Positions 26,575 to 40,393 are shown, counted from the first letter of the stretch. The stretch is 64,000 nucleotides of DNA from Eledone cirrhosa (GCA_964016885.1 OZ024746.1:25854001-25918000), one strand, 5' to 3'. Translations and numbers: made by a program. Notes: generated by a model not told the origin, from the sequence alone.

Positions 26575-26960
26575 ATTGGCAGTATCGGTAGAGAGTCGAA
26601 CGCCATGCTTTCCAGCATAGTTACGTCCCTTTCAAATCCCGCCGAGGTTAACTTTGCCTTTCATCCGTACGGGATCGATAAAATAAAGTACCAGTAATGT
26701 ACTGGGTATTTGCTGGCCTTGTGCCTAAAGTAGAAACAATTATTGAATTGGCAGTATCGGTAGAGAGTCGGACGCCATGCTTTGCAGCATAGAGATACGG
26801 CCCTTTATGATCTGAGTTCAAATCCCACCAAGGTTAACTTTGCCTTTCATCCTCACGGGGGTCGATAAAATAAAGTACCAGTCACGCACTGGGGTCGATT
26901 AAATCGACTTTCCCTTCCCCCAAAATTGCTGGCCTTGTGCCTATATAAGAAACCATTATT
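26575..26960 (+). mobile_element. Head-to-tail SINE dimer
   Basis: ttattgaattggcagtatcggtagagagtcg occurs at ~26568 and ~26740. Confidence 0.85.
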
Positions 26961-27661
26961 AAAAGTCTTAGGATTTCACAAAATACATAAAACTTTTTAT
27001 TGGAGAAGGTAAGATATTTTTCCGCAAAAATTTGATTGCACTGTTTTGTTTCCACTTATGTATTTTTTAAAAATGTTATTTATTCATTATAAAAATTAAA
27101 TGATAGCATTCTATATGTAGGTAATAATATTTTTTTACCTACTCTGCCACTGTATATATATATATATATACATATAATTGTTTCTACTTTTGGCACAAGG
27201 CCAGCAATTACCCAGTACATTACTGGTACTTTATTTTATCGACCCCCGTATGGATGAAAGGCAAAGTTAACCTCGGCGGGATTTGAACTCAGATCATAAA
27301 AGGCCGTAATCCTATGCTGCAAAGCATGGCGTCCGACCCTCTACCAATACTGCCAATCCTATAATGCCAATCATTGTAAGTTTGAATCTAACTGTCATGC
27401 AAAAACATATATATATGAATAAGGTAAGCCCAACTCATAGTAAATTCAAATATCACAGAGAGAGAGAGAGAGAGAGGGGGGGAGGGGAGAGAGAGAGAGA
27501 GATTTTTCCGCAAAAATTTGATTGTACTGTTTTTGTTTCCACTTATGTATTTTTAGAAAATGTTATTTATTCATTATAAAAATTAAGTGATAGCATTCTA
27601 TATGTAGGTGGGCCCCCTTCATCTCCTGGCAACCAATATTTTTAGACCCAGTCTGCCACTG

Positions 27662-27692
<31 letters not shown>

Positions 27693-28229
27693 ATAAATTA
27701 ATAGCCTGTAGGTTGTTGAGTTGGTAACATAACAAAAAGCGACCAGTCCACCCTGTCAGGTGGTTGTGTTTGTGAATGACAAAAAGTGATCAGTCCACCC
27801 TGTAAGGTGGTTTGCCTTAGAAAGGGTATCTAGGCATATAAAACTAAGCCTAAATGGAAACAAATTCCATCACCAGACAACCATGCCTGTGTAAAATCTA
27901 TTAGTGAGAATAACAACATTAATTAATTACATATCAGTTTTTCTTTATTTTCAAATATACCATTTCAAATTTACCTGTTCTGGGTTTGATCCCACTGTGT
28001 GATATCTTGGGAAAGTGCCTACAACCATTTTCACTGGCTGACCTATGCCTTGTGAATGAACTTGGGTAGATCGAAATGTTTGGAAGCCCATCAGATAGCC
28101 TGTATCTGTAATTGAAAGGTCCAATATAGTCAAACACAGTGCCTCGATGAAAGTCTCTGAGAATTACATTAAAAGTACACATCTCTGTGGAATAGACAAT
28201 CATCTAAACTATAATACAAAATGGAGTGT

Positions 28230-28710
28230 ACCTGATGCCAGAAGAAAATGCACCCAGCATACTCAGTAAAGTGATAGTGCCGGTGCTACAATAAAATGCA
28301 CTCGGTAGTGCTGGTGCCACAATAAAATGTATCCGGTACACTGTAAATTAATGGTAATGCTGGTGCCACAATAAAATGTATCCAGTACACTTTGTAAAGT
28401 GGTAGTGCTGGTGCCACAATAAAATGTATCCAGTACTCTCTGTAAAGTGGTAGTGCTGGGGCCACAATAAAATACACCAAGTTCACTCTGTGAAATAATA
28501 GTGCAGATGCCACAATAAAATGTACTCAGTATACTCTGTAAAGTGGTTGGAGTTTGGAAAGGCCTCCAGCTGTAAAAACCATGCCAAAATGAAATGTACA
28601 AGTAAGAGGCAGTCTACTGATCTGTCTAGTCACAGAATGTAAAAACCCGTCCAGCCCAGGCTGGCATAGAAAACGGATGTAAAATTGTGATGATGATTAT
28701 GATGACAATA
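28230..28710 (+). mobile_element. RTE-tail SINE with ~5 copies of a 48-bp unit
   Basis: ctggtgccacaataaaatgtatccagtacactttgtaaagtggtagtg repeats, then RTE 3' core and GAT tail. Confidence 0.8.
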
Positions 28711-29211
28711 TGTGTTCCCTTTTGTGCTAGGATTGAAAACACAAGATCAACATTACTTTATGAATTTCTCTGACTGGTACAGTTTGCTGTAATCAATATT
28801 TCTTTCTGCCCACTCTCTAAAATTGATTCTTTATCTTTGTCTCTTTATGTTGTCCATATATAACTATGTCTTCATTATCTCTTAATTAGACATTTGTCAT
28901 TGTTTGGTGGCATCAATATGTCAAATATTAATAGATCAGATCAGTTTCAGAACAACTACAGTTAATCTTATATGTAGATGATGAGGTTGCTAAGAAGAGG
29001 TGGTTTTTCCCTGTCAACATTGATCACTAAAAGAACATGGTTCAATGGTGGAGTGGTTCAAATATCAGATAAAGTTCATTACAAGGATAACTTGCTGGTA
29101 TGTGCCATGTTTTCACTAACAATTTCATGAGGCTATGTAGCTGTGAGTACACACAGACACTATCTTAATTCTCCTCATCCTTACCGTAGTGGAACATCTA
29201 GGATGTGACAG

Positions 29212-29279
<68 letters not shown>

Positions 29280-29759
29280 GGGTGGGTGGGAGAGATAGGG
29301 GGTGGGAGAGAGAGAGGGGGTGATTGCATCAGCACTGGGTGACTTGGTAAAATGTTGATATGCTGATCCACCATCTAGTGAAACTGATGTATTGAATCAC
29401 CATTTAATGAAGCTGATATGTTCATCCATGATTTAGTTAAACCCCATCAATGAAACTAACATGTTGATCCATCATCTCATGAGCCACCACCTAGTAAACA
29501 ACCATCTATAGTAAGACTGCCAAATCAGGGGGATTATGTGACACCCGAGGAAAGAGTCCCTGTGAGGTGGAATGGCTAATGAAGTGGGTATCACTGGCTG
29601 TTCTACATGACAATGCTTTTGTCATTTTGTCTGCAAGGTACACATGAGATGTACCATCCAGTCAAAGGAGTAGAGCTTGTGAGTATATATATGTTTGCTG
29701 CTAATTTATGATATTTCAATAGTTTATTTTACATACATGACAGTATGTATAAATATGTT

Positions 29760-30390
29760 TTGCTTGTGAGAATTACTAGTGTCTGTTACATGTAGGAAGT
29801 ACAAGATAGACAATATGTGCAGGAGTTTGTTACATGAGAGAAGTACCAGTGTGTGTCACATGTGGGAAGTACAAAAGAGTTGACAGTACGTGCAGATGTC
29901 TATGACACATGGAAATATTAAATAAATGACAGTATGTGTTGCAGTCCATCACATGTGGGAAGTATTAAATAGACGGCAGTATGTGTTGGTGTCTATCACA
30001 TGTAGGAAGTATTAAATGGATGATAGTACATGTTGATGTCCATAACATGTAGCAAATATTAAATAGACAACAGTATGTGTTTTTATCTAGCACATGTAGG
30101 GGGTATTAAATGGATGACAGTGCATGTTGGTGTTCATCACATGTGGGAAGTATTAAATAGATGACAGTACATGTTGGTGTCCAGCACATGTGGGAAGTAT
30201 TAAATGGTTGACAGTATGTCTTGGTGTCCAGCACATGTGGGAAGTATTAAATGGATGACAATACGTCTTGGTGTCCAGCACATGTGGGAAGTATTAAATA
30301 GAAAACTGTACATAATGGTGTCCAGCAGATGTGGGAATTACCAGATACATTACAGTATGTAGAGGTATCCATCACATGTCAGGAGTACCA
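29760..30390. repeat. Minisatellite, 47-bp unit, ~13 copies
   Basis: cacatgtgggaagtattaaatggatgacagtatgt.ttggtgtccag; cacatg at 30185 and 30232. Confidence 0.9.
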
Positions 30391-30481
30391 AATGTCCAAG
30401 TGTGAGTCGATAATTTCATCAGCTGGAAGAAATTTGATGGGAAAATGACAGCTGCTTTGAATATTTAAGGTTGCTGTTAGT

Positions 30482-30610
30482 GAAAGAAGGAAAGAAAAAA
30501 AAAGAAAGAAAGAAAAAAAGAAAAAAAGAAAAAAAGAAAAAAAGAAAAAAAGAAAAAAAGAAAAAAAGAAAAAAAAAAAAAAAGAAAAAAAGAAAGAAAA
30601 AAGAAAGAAA
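30482..30610. repeat. (GAAAAAAA)n purine tract
   Basis: Direct reading. Confidence 0.9.
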
Positions 30611-31939
30611 GTCATGTTAGAAGTTATAAAGAAAAAATAAGCAGAAAGCAGGAAAATTGAGCCATTTATAGTTGATTCTAGAAGCATCTAAGGTTATAAT
30701 GGTAATCTGAAAGGAAGGAGAAGAAGGAATGTGCAATTATATATGGAGTTTTAAAATTGTGAATAGTTTTTGACAGAAAGTTAGTGTTTCTCAGGGCAAT
30801 CTGATTAAGGTTGACAGATAATGGAACAAGACGTGTCTCTTTAGATGCCATCATCTTTAAATACAGACCACAAACCCAAGTAGTTGGGTAATAGAATTGC
30901 TATTCTTAATTTTATGCTGCAAAAAGCAAAGAAATCGAAAAGAAGTGAAGCAGAAAATGGTGAAGACAGCCACAGAGTCTTAACGAAAAACTAAGGAAAA
31001 ACGAAAGAAAATAGATAAAAAGAAAAAGAAAACAAGAGGAAGTACAGCAGAGATGATTAAGCCAGCACAGCAAGAAAATGAACTAAATCGTGGCCTTATA
31101 AATATGATTGATATAAAAGAACTCCGCATTTTTCTTTTGTCACCATTTACGATAAAGATTATAATCATTTGAAAAATGAAATAATATTCGGACACGAGAC
31201 AAAATTATTCCTTCTGGTCATTCAAATTCAGTAACAGAGACAGTTTAATAAATTTGGCTAACCACTCAACTATCCCGTCCAATTTGCAATTTTACAGTAT
31301 TTGTGAAGATCTAAAATTGAAATTCAGACATTTTCTTGAATACATCTATTTTAGTTATTGCCATAATGCCATAATATAAGAAGTTATCAAGTTGTTGTGG
31401 TTGGACATCCATCAATTCCAATGATGAGTGTTCCAGTTGTTCAAACAATGGAACAACCTATTCATGCAATTAATGTACAAGTGGCTGAGTATTCCATAGA
31501 TATATGTGTGTTGACTTCTGTCAGTTCCAACTATTTGTGCTTCAGTTGTTTGAACAATAAGACAGCCTGCTCATGAAATTAATATACAAGAGTTTGAGCT
31601 TCCACAGATACATTCACCTTTGATTTAATTCTCAGAGAGATTCAGCATGACACAGTATGTGACGAGTTTTGCCTTTTGAATTGCAGATATAATCCATATG
31701 ACAGGCTTTCACACTGTTTCTGTCTACCAAGTTTCACTTATAAGGCTTAGGTGAGCTTGAGACTATTGTAAATGACACTTGCCTAAGATACCATGCAGTG
31801 GGACTGAACCCAGGATCTACTGTTTACAAAGCAAACTTCATAACTATTTGGCTATGCACTGTCCACATCTCCATTAGAGCAGAATAAATATATCCAGTAG
31901 GTGGCTTCTACTGTTTCTTAAGAAATTGCTACATAACAT

Positions 31940-32510
31940 TCATACAGCCAAATATTCTGGCCTCGTGTTTGGTTCTACTCCAAATCAATCACATCGAAAG
32001 CAAATGGTAGAAATAGTTTGCTATGTTGATATTGATTTTAAGGAGAAAACAATTTTTATGAAATTCTTTTCTTTGCTTTATCCAATTAAAACGAAAGGAT
32101 GGTGAAAACGTAGTGGAAGTAATTTTGAAACAACTTGTAAAAGACGCAGTACTGTTAGAAGACTGTCGGTCTCAATACTATGATAATGTTGCAGTTATGG
32201 ATGGCTTGTTATAAACTGGGTGTTGCTCAACAGTGGATTAATGGATTAATGAAAAAAAAATGGCAAAGCTATTTTTGTAAACTGCAATAGTAATTCTCTC
32301 AGTTTGTTTGGATTGCATGCTGTTAACTGATGTATTGATGGGAATGTTTTTCGGTAGAATTCAGTTGCTTTATTCATTCACTTCCTGGTCAAATTCTCCC
32401 TTGGCAAAGGTTGAATGATTACATAGCAACAATTGTCAAACCTGGATCTGAAACATAGTGGAGTTTCAGAACAGAGATTGTGGAGTCAGTTCACTATTAC
32501 TTTGATATCA
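31940..32510 (+). pseudogene. Decayed hAT (ZMYM1/DUF4371-like) transposase
   Basis: AKY...F.STP.QSHRKQMVEIVCYV and LEDCRSQYYDNVAVM resemble hAT DSTPD.SH.EQ and CRGQ.YDNAA.M motifs. Confidence 0.7.
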
Positions 32511-33635
32511 TAGATGCCGGCATGGCTGAGGGGTTAAGAAATTCATTTCAAAATCAAGAGGTCCCAAGTTCGATCCCACTCAGTGGTATCATGTGCAAAT
32601 GTTTTTACCATAGCCTTATGTTAACCATACACTGAATCAAATATTGACTTTCAGTTATTTGGTATTCTTAAGATTTGAGAATAAGATATTTATTTACAAG
32701 TGAGATGCAGATCTCTGGCCTGTCTGAGAGATCAGTGGTCCCATTTCAGAACTGGCTTGGTCTGTGTGGACCTATCCAGCTCTTGCTAGTAGGGAAAGTG
32801 GATGTTAAAACAAGAACAATGATGATGATGATGATGAATACAAGATAAATGAATCTTCAGTCTTGCTAAGGACATAACAACCTCTCTGATGCTACTGCCA
32901 TGATAAAATGCACCCAGTACACTCTGTGTAGTGGGAGCACTGGTTTCATGATAGAATGCACCTCCAGTACACTCCACAAAATGCTAGTACTGGTGCTATA
33001 ATGGAATTCAACCATTACACTCTGTAAAGTGTTTGGCATTATGAAAGGCATCCAGCTGTAGAAACCATGCCAAAACATGGAAGATAGGAGCAAGATGTGG
33101 TTTTTTGACCTATCTAGTCTCAGATTTTGATGACCTATCCAACCCATGACATGGAAAGTGGACAAACGATGATGGTGATGATGACGATTGACCATATTCA
33201 AGAACAACATGAAGCTCACGCCATCAACTTTCTTATGGCATCAAAGTTGATGAGACAGTACGTGGTCAATAGTGATATTTCATTTGTTAGACATGCACAA
33301 TCTATCTACAAGTTATAACTACACAATAATTTTAAAGCAAAACTGGAAAAATCAAAATCTTTCTTATACAGAACTTTATTAAGTTATACATATATCACCA
33401 TCATCATCGTTTTTATGTCTGTTTTTCCACACATGCATGAGTATATATATAAATATATGCAAATGAATATATGAGACGGATGAACACCGATACAAGTATA
33501 CATGTGTTCGAATTGTAAATGACCAAGTTAGCTGGGTTGAAAAATACCAATTTAAAATAATATGGTTTGCCTGTCTCGATTTAAAGTAATAAATCAATAA
33601 AAATAACAAACCTATATTCGGCAATGGCCGTGATA

Positions 33636-33666
33636 CCCGGACAGATTCTAAATCTGTTTCGCAACA
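33636..33666 (-). ncRNA. 3' half of a hammerhead
   Basis: gttgc-GAAA-cagat-ttaga-atctg-TC-cggg; CUGANGA half not found. Confidence 0.45.
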
Positions 33667-33784
33667 ATTATTAAGTGAAAGTCACTATCCCTGTGCTTTA
33701 TTTGTATTACACGGATTGGAAATATTCCCTTCTTTGAGCTATTTAATTGTAAAAGACTATTTTGAATTTATAACTCAATATATG

Positions 33785-33800
33785 ATATATATATATATGA

Positions 33801-33835
<35 letters not shown>

Positions 33836-33965
33836 AATATATATATATAAATATATATAAATATATATAAATATATATATATATAAATATATAAAAATAT
33901 ATATATAAATATATAAAAATATATATATATATAAATATATATATAAATATATAAATATATATATA

Positions 33966-33997
<32 letters not shown>

Positions 33998-34372
33998 AAT
34001 ATATATATATAAATATACTCTATATAAATATATATATATAAATATATATATATAAATATATATATATATAAATATATATATATATAAATATATATATAAA
34101 TATATATTTATATACATATTTATATATATATTTATATATATATATATTTATATATATATTTATATATATATATAAATATATATATATATAAATATATATA
34201 TAAATATGTATAAAATATATATTTATATATATATTTATATATATATATATTTATATATATATATATTTATATATATATATTTATATATATATATATTTAT
34301 ATATATATATTTATATATATATATTTATATATATATATATATTTATATATATAAATATATATATATAAATAT
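33785..34372. repeat. (TA)n-derived array
   Basis: Direct reading; variant units switch from taaa to ttta near 34110. Confidence 0.9.
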
Positions 34373-34589
34373 GTATACCATCAATAGATATATATTCAAG
34401 TGGGCTCCTATAATTCATCAGTGGGTGCCCCAATAATACTAATATTGATAATCTAACCAACATCAGTATTTAGCGATAATCATCATCAGTGCCTGAGGTA
34501 TCTGTCAGGTTGCTAGTCCAGCAGTTCTAAAGAAATGCTCAAACTGATTCAAAAATGAGGAAGTAAATTACCGCAAAAAAAACATATAA

Positions 34590-34665
<76 letters not shown>

Positions 34666-34865
34666 GTATTAAGGATACTATTTATGGTTATGTATATACT
34701 AAAACTTTTTATAGTTATATATATTTTAAACCCTAAACAGTGAAAAACAGTAATTTATTACTACCCTATTACCAGTAAGATAAATAGCTCAATGTAATAA
34801 CATCAGTTGTTCTACAGGGCAGTTATATAGAAATCACATGAATCAAAGTTCTGTTCAAACCATTT

Positions 34866-34917
34866 ATTAGCTTACAATTGTTTCGTCCAAACCGAGGTTT
34901 GGAGTCTTCGGAGCAAT
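34866..34917 (-). ncRNA. Type I hammerhead, core variant CCGAAGA
   Basis: gct-CCGAAGA-c-tccaaacc-tc-ggtttgga-c-GAAA-caattg-TA-agc. Confidence 0.75.
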
Positions 34918-35065
34918 TTTTCAATGATTGTTTACATACGTGACCTCCTTTCCAACACAAGAGACATCCAGAAACATATGTATATATCGATGCACAGTGG
35001 GGTGACATCCATTATAATATTTTAGCATGGCAATTTACATTCAAAAATTAAAATCATATTAAAAG

Positions 35066-35847
35066 AAAATTAAAACAAAATTAAAGTTAAAATACAACAT
35101 CGGCAGTTTACGAAGATAATACAAGAGGATAGTTTGGAGTAGTTAGTGTATGCAATAGAGGGTAATCATCCTAATATGGATACCTTTAGTACTTCTTGAT
35201 AGAGTAGACTGTAATTTAAAGATATTATACTTAAATTTAGAAACTGTTTATAACCATATATGTAAGCGACTCAATTGGGACACCGTTTAATGTACATTGG
35301 AATAATAAATTTAGTTATAGAAATCAGCTAGTTACCTCCCCTCACGCATTAACTCCCCTTAATCACACACATACTTCCGGAAAATAAAACGATGTAAATT
35401 CTCGCAACAAAAACAACCTGCTCTATAAAATTGGATTAAAGAACAACATGCTGTAATAATCTAACCTAATACATCAAGCTTCCAATACTGAATCATCGTT
35501 AATTATGTGAATTACATATAATCTATATATTACGTTTCCTGGATTGTGAAAATGGTGGTGTATACAAAAACCATAACATTATTTTGCTTCTCATTTTTAA
35601 TATTTCTCTGCACACAAGCTTATTTATCATACATAAAAAAATACTTTACCAATACAACCCCCATAATACTCTTGATTACCCGCTTAAAGTGCTTGTATTG
35701 CATATAACACCTTGCCGCACATTAATCTTATATAAATAAGACACACGTGCATGCCCCACGTGTAACTAACTACTCCAAACTATCCTCTTGCATTATCTTC
35801 GTAAACTGCCGATGTTGTATTTTAACTTTAATTTTGTTTTAATTTTC
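35066..35847. mobile_element. Unclassified element with 82-bp inverted repeats
   Basis: 35066-35147 and 35765-35847 are near-perfect reverse complements. Confidence 0.6.
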
Positions 35848-36697
35848 CGATACTGCCAATCCACACATATATATATATATAATTGTTTCTACGTTAGGCA
35901 CAAGGCCAGCAAATACCCAGTGCATTGCTGGTACTTTATTTTATCGACTGTAAGGATGAAAGGCAAAGTTAACCTTGGCGGGATTTGAACACACATATAT
36001 ATATACTGCTAACAACGTATATTTATAAATGTAAAGTTATATATGTGCATGTTTACAGTTTATATATGTCTCTACAAATTTAAAGTTATATACGTGCGTG
36101 TTCACCATATATTTGTGTTTACAAACTTGATAAAGTTATATATATATGTGCGTGTTTCCATGTGTGTAATGGGAAAAGGAGGGAAGAAAATGACACAAAA
36201 TTATCAATGTTAATAGGAAAGTATGATTTTATGCTTTATGCATCAGATATACAGGTTTGCGTTTTTGAACGCTTGAAGAATTTATTTGTTTCTAGTATGG
36301 CCTTTACTTGTTGCATGAGTTGTCTGGAAGATTAAATGAAAACTGGAGATGGGAATATATGAGTAGGCTGTTTGACAACATAGTCAATTCATTTCTTACT
36401 GAAACCAATTGAATACGGAATATTGATTTTGTCTTAAATTGGCACAAGGCCATATATTTGTAGAAGACTATATATTGGATTCAACATGAATTTCCTTACA
36501 TGTCTAGTTTTGACCCAAGGTAAAAAGTTGATCACGATAGGATTTGAACTAGCGTTCCTAAGTTTGTAACTGAATATCCTTTGAACTATATTACTTCTTA
36601 CAGTGAATACTGCCTTTATTTAACATGCAACATTAAAACTAATGTGTCTATCATCCATCCACCTAAATATATCTATCTATCTATCAAATCTCTCTTT

Positions 36698-37529
36698 AGG
36701 GTTAGTACGGAACAAGTGCGACGACGTTCTCGAAGAAGACGAGCTGACCAGTCTGTTCAGTAGGACTTTCCGCCCAGAACCTATGGACAACTTCCAAAAG
36801 TCCCTGGCCTGGTAGTGCTACCGAGGAGCTCTACCAGTACGCGACAAGATCTACAGGCACATACGCCCTCGCAGGGATCCTTAAAAAAGGACGTGTCCAA
36901 GATGCGAGCAGGACATTGAAACCGTCCTGCACGCAATCGTACACTGCCCGGGCGTAACCGACCTGTGGAACTACGCAGAACAACTACTGTCGAGTCCATA
37001 GTAAGGATCAAACCACCACCTTCATTTAAAAACGAAGAAGCGGTTTTCCTCTGTATGGTGGCTATGGTGAAAAAGGTAATTTGGTGGACGAGATTGAGAG
37101 GACTGAGGACAGATGCCTTTTTCTCCGGACAACAACTCATTCCTTTCTTTAGATAGGAGAATCAGAGTGGAGCGAGAGGTACTGCACCCCAGTAAATTTA
37201 CTGAAAGGTGGGTGAATGTGGCGAGAATGGCCCGAGTGATTGGGCCCGAGAGTGGCCCGAGTGATTGGGCCTTCTTTGTATATAAACCTGTGGGTTGAGG
37301 AAGAGAAGAAAGGAGCACTTGCAAAACATGCTCCTGGAGTTGAGGGTTGTTCTATCTACCAGGTGTAAAACAACCCATTTGTAACGCCTCCTCCTATTGG
37401 GGATTTCGACTGTTAAATTTTTTAAATGTTATAATTTTACTCTTTTTATACGTTTGTATGTAAAATCCCCGCCATATGTCTTTGTATTGTTCCATTTTTT
37501 GTGCGCCCTTGTGGCAAATAACGAAATAT
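36698..37529 (+). mobile_element. L1/Tx1-type LINE 3' fragment
   Basis: CPRCEQDIETVLHAIVHCP (CCHC, zf-RVT-like), IWWTR, FTERW; ~19-bp TSD atctatcaaatctctcttt. Confidence 0.8.
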
Positions 37530-37567
37530 ATCTATCAAATCTCTCTTTCACACTCATATATATATAT

Positions 37568-37772
37568 ATATTTATTAAAATAACAGATTAAAGTTTAAGC
37601 AAAGAATCGATGCTTTCACCCTTAACGGGATCTTCAGAAACTAAGGGTGAAAGCAGCGATTCTTTGCTTAAACTTTAATCTGTTATTTTAATAAATATTT
37701 GCTCTACGGTTCTTATATATTTGATATATATTTATCCTTATCGAGTCCTCTTTGGATTTTAGTCTTCAAATT
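37568..37772. mobile_element. Fold-back HHR cassette between (TA)n tracts
   Basis: Arms ~37568-37624 / 37642-37698; second family member at 45081-45285. Confidence 0.8.
37592..37642 (-). ncRNA. Type I hammerhead ribozyme
   Basis: agttt-CTGAAGA-tcccgttaagggt-GAAA-gca..tgc-TT-aaact. Confidence 0.8.
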
Positions 37773-37781
37773 TATTATTAT

Positions 37782-37953
<172 letters not shown>

Positions 37954-38399
37954 ACACGAAAATAATTTATTTACGTTTCTACGTTTCTGTTTAGAATAAT
38001 ATCCTGTGTCTTGTCACATCTCTCAACTGTTTTTTACGTTTGATACTTCAGCAAATTGCCTTTGAGATTATTGAAAACACAAGTCAAATAAAATAAATAA
38101 TTCAATAAATAAATGGATAAATAAATAAATCATTTTCGAGATGAGATTCGAGGAAGACAGGAAATTATTTCTACCGTGTCAGTCATTCTGCCGTTGGTGA
38201 AAGATTTAGCTTGAAGTGACAGTAACTGAAAAGAAAACAGTCAAATTGCGTGTTGATAATTTGAAATAAGTGTGAAGTTCAATTGACAATTCCTACCCAT
38301 CTGGAAAAGATGAAATAATAGAACTTTGTCTCAGTTTAAATTTTGTCTGGTCATAATTTTGTGTATATTAAAATTTTATTTAATACCTAATTCATGAAT

Positions 38400-38490
38400 A
38401 GTTCCCACTACACAGCCACAACTCTTCAGATTTAACAAGTAGGGTGAAACTCGGATATTCCTGTGCTAAAAATATGAAAGCCAACAACAC
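38400..38490 (+). pseudogene. Small PLE fragment
   Basis: VKLGYSCAKNMKA resembles IKLSYS..N at 14545. Confidence 0.45.
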
Positions 38491-38726
38491 CATTAACCCC
38501 AAGAGCTCACACCCACCCAGATACTCTTGCAAATGGCCAGAAACACACACACATATATATCATCATCTCCGTTTAGGGTCCACTTTTCCATGCTTGCATG
38601 GGTTTGACGAGGCAAATCTGGCCAGAGTTGGCCATGCCACACATTGCTCCGGCGAGGACTGTAAATTTGGCCGGGTATTTTACAGCTGGATGCCCTTCCT
38701 AACACCAACCACGTTTACAGTGTGGT

Positions 38727-38763
<37 letters not shown>

Positions 38764-39377
38764 GGCATACGTCAAGACGGGCGGTCTCAAAAGTGAAAGT
38801 AAATTTATTTTCATTTTCGAACGTCGTGTTTACATTTTGTGTGTGTGTTTAGATCTAAATTAGTTACTGAGGCTCTGATTCTGTCTTTAAGACAGAATCA
38901 GAGCCTCTGTCGTTTTAACTGATTATATATATATGTATATGTGTGTGTAGTTGACGGTTGAGAGAAGAGTACTCAATACCGAAGTAATCTTGTAATGAGG
39001 CTTGCAGAATGGTGAGTCCGCCATTCTAGACGCTGCTGCCATGTAGAAGTCCCAAATCGAAGCTCTGACACTCTCGTCCCCATCATTCAGCAGGGATTTT
39101 GCCAGGCAGCCGCATCATCTCCGATGGTTGGGCTTCCTATTCGGAAATTGAAGGTGGGATTTACGTTCATGATGTTGTGGTGCACGAACGGAACTTTGTA
39201 GATCCTGCGGACCTTGATGTGCACACACAGCTCATAAAGAACACATGGAGCCGTGCAAAGAAGAAGCTTCGTCGCCAGCATGTTTCGTTTGAACACACAC
39301 ACAAAATGTAAACACGACGTTCGAAAATGAAAATAAATTTACTTTCACTTTTGAGACCGCCCGTCTTGACGTATGCC
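38764..39377 (+). mobile_element. Merlin (IS1016/IS1595-like) DNA transposon, deletion derivative
   Basis: 86-bp TIRs starting GG (38764-38849 / 39292-39377); 9-bp TSD tatatatac; PGSRIISDGWASY...HERNFVDP...HTQLIKNTW fragment at 39099-39280. Confidence 0.9.
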
Positions 39378-39389
39378 TATATATACATA

Positions 39390-39620
39390 ATCGGGGAACG
39401 TCTGCTATGGATATAACCCCAAATTAGCAGATAATCCCTGATCGCAAGTGAGCATGAACCGCGACAACATTTGGAAGATTATCACCAAAGATTTGGGCAT
39501 GCGGAAGATCGTCGTCTCACAACACCCTGAACATCCTGGTCGAGAAGAACATCGGCATACTGGAACAGCCTCCTTATTCGCTAGATCTTGCTGCGTGTGA
39601 ATTTTTTCTTTTACTAAAGA
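39390..39620 (+). pseudogene. mariner transposase remnant
   Basis: PPYSLDLAACEFF resembles YSPDLAPCDF; IITKDLGMRK. Confidence 0.7.
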
Positions 39621-39629
39621 CAACCGTTG

Positions 39630-40393
39630 TTTTCACAGTTTAAGCTTTAAAATACCTCTTCTAGACGCTTTAAGTACATATAAACTCATTAAAACACCAA
39701 AAAAAAAACAGCCAGTAACGATCGTATACAAAACTACCATCAACGATCGTACCACTAGTTACCAATAGCGACCATTACCAGCCACGTGAGCCGCTTGGTA
39801 ATACACTGCACATCTCCCGTCAATCTATGAAGAGTTTGTAGTAGATTAAAGAAAAACAAAATCAGTAAAACTAATGGAATGAAAAATAAAAACATTTTTT
39901 TATCGTTAAAGCCTTAAAATGCCCCTTCCTTACACATCGAAACTTATTTAATAAGTTTAAATTTTAAACACTTCTTACTCGGACGTACGTACCGCGATAA
40001 GAAAATAGATATGTTCTAACGAAAAATCCGCGATCTATCGAGGACTACCGCGATAGGAAATTAGATACGTTCCAAAGAAAAATCCGCGATATAGCGGGAC
40101 CGCGAAAAGTGTGGGGGTATGGTGTGGTGTGCGGTGGTCGGAAGCTGGGGAGTGCTCGACCGGAAGAGTGCTTGACCGGAAGAGTGCTTGGCCGGAAGGG
40201 CCAGCAGGTCGGCCTCTCTCTAGTGGTGATCAGGAACGTGGTGGACGCGAGTTTGGCAGCTCCCGGTGTTAATCAGTTGGACGCACGTGGAAGAGGAGAA
40301 ACCAGCCATGGGATTTAGCGGCGCCTATGAAAAGCGGTAAGTGAGATAGCTTATTCTAACGACAAAGTGAACCGGGATATAGCGGGGGATTAC

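Larger units (their letters stand above)
25661..27661. mobile_element. hAT (Tip100-like) non-autonomous element with nested insertions and duplicated right end
   Basis: TIRs tagtggcggactgg / ccagtctgccactg; ~105 bp duplicated at 27017-27122 and 27503-27609; second terminus at ~27152. Confidence 0.65.

Noticed and set aside
29760-30390. CRISPR-like periodicity
   Set aside because: Intervening sequence is also repeated (no unique spacers), no cas genes, eukaryotic context
34410-34495. Two CTGATGA words on minus strand with a hairpin between
   Set aside because: No properly placed GAAA/UH or stem I
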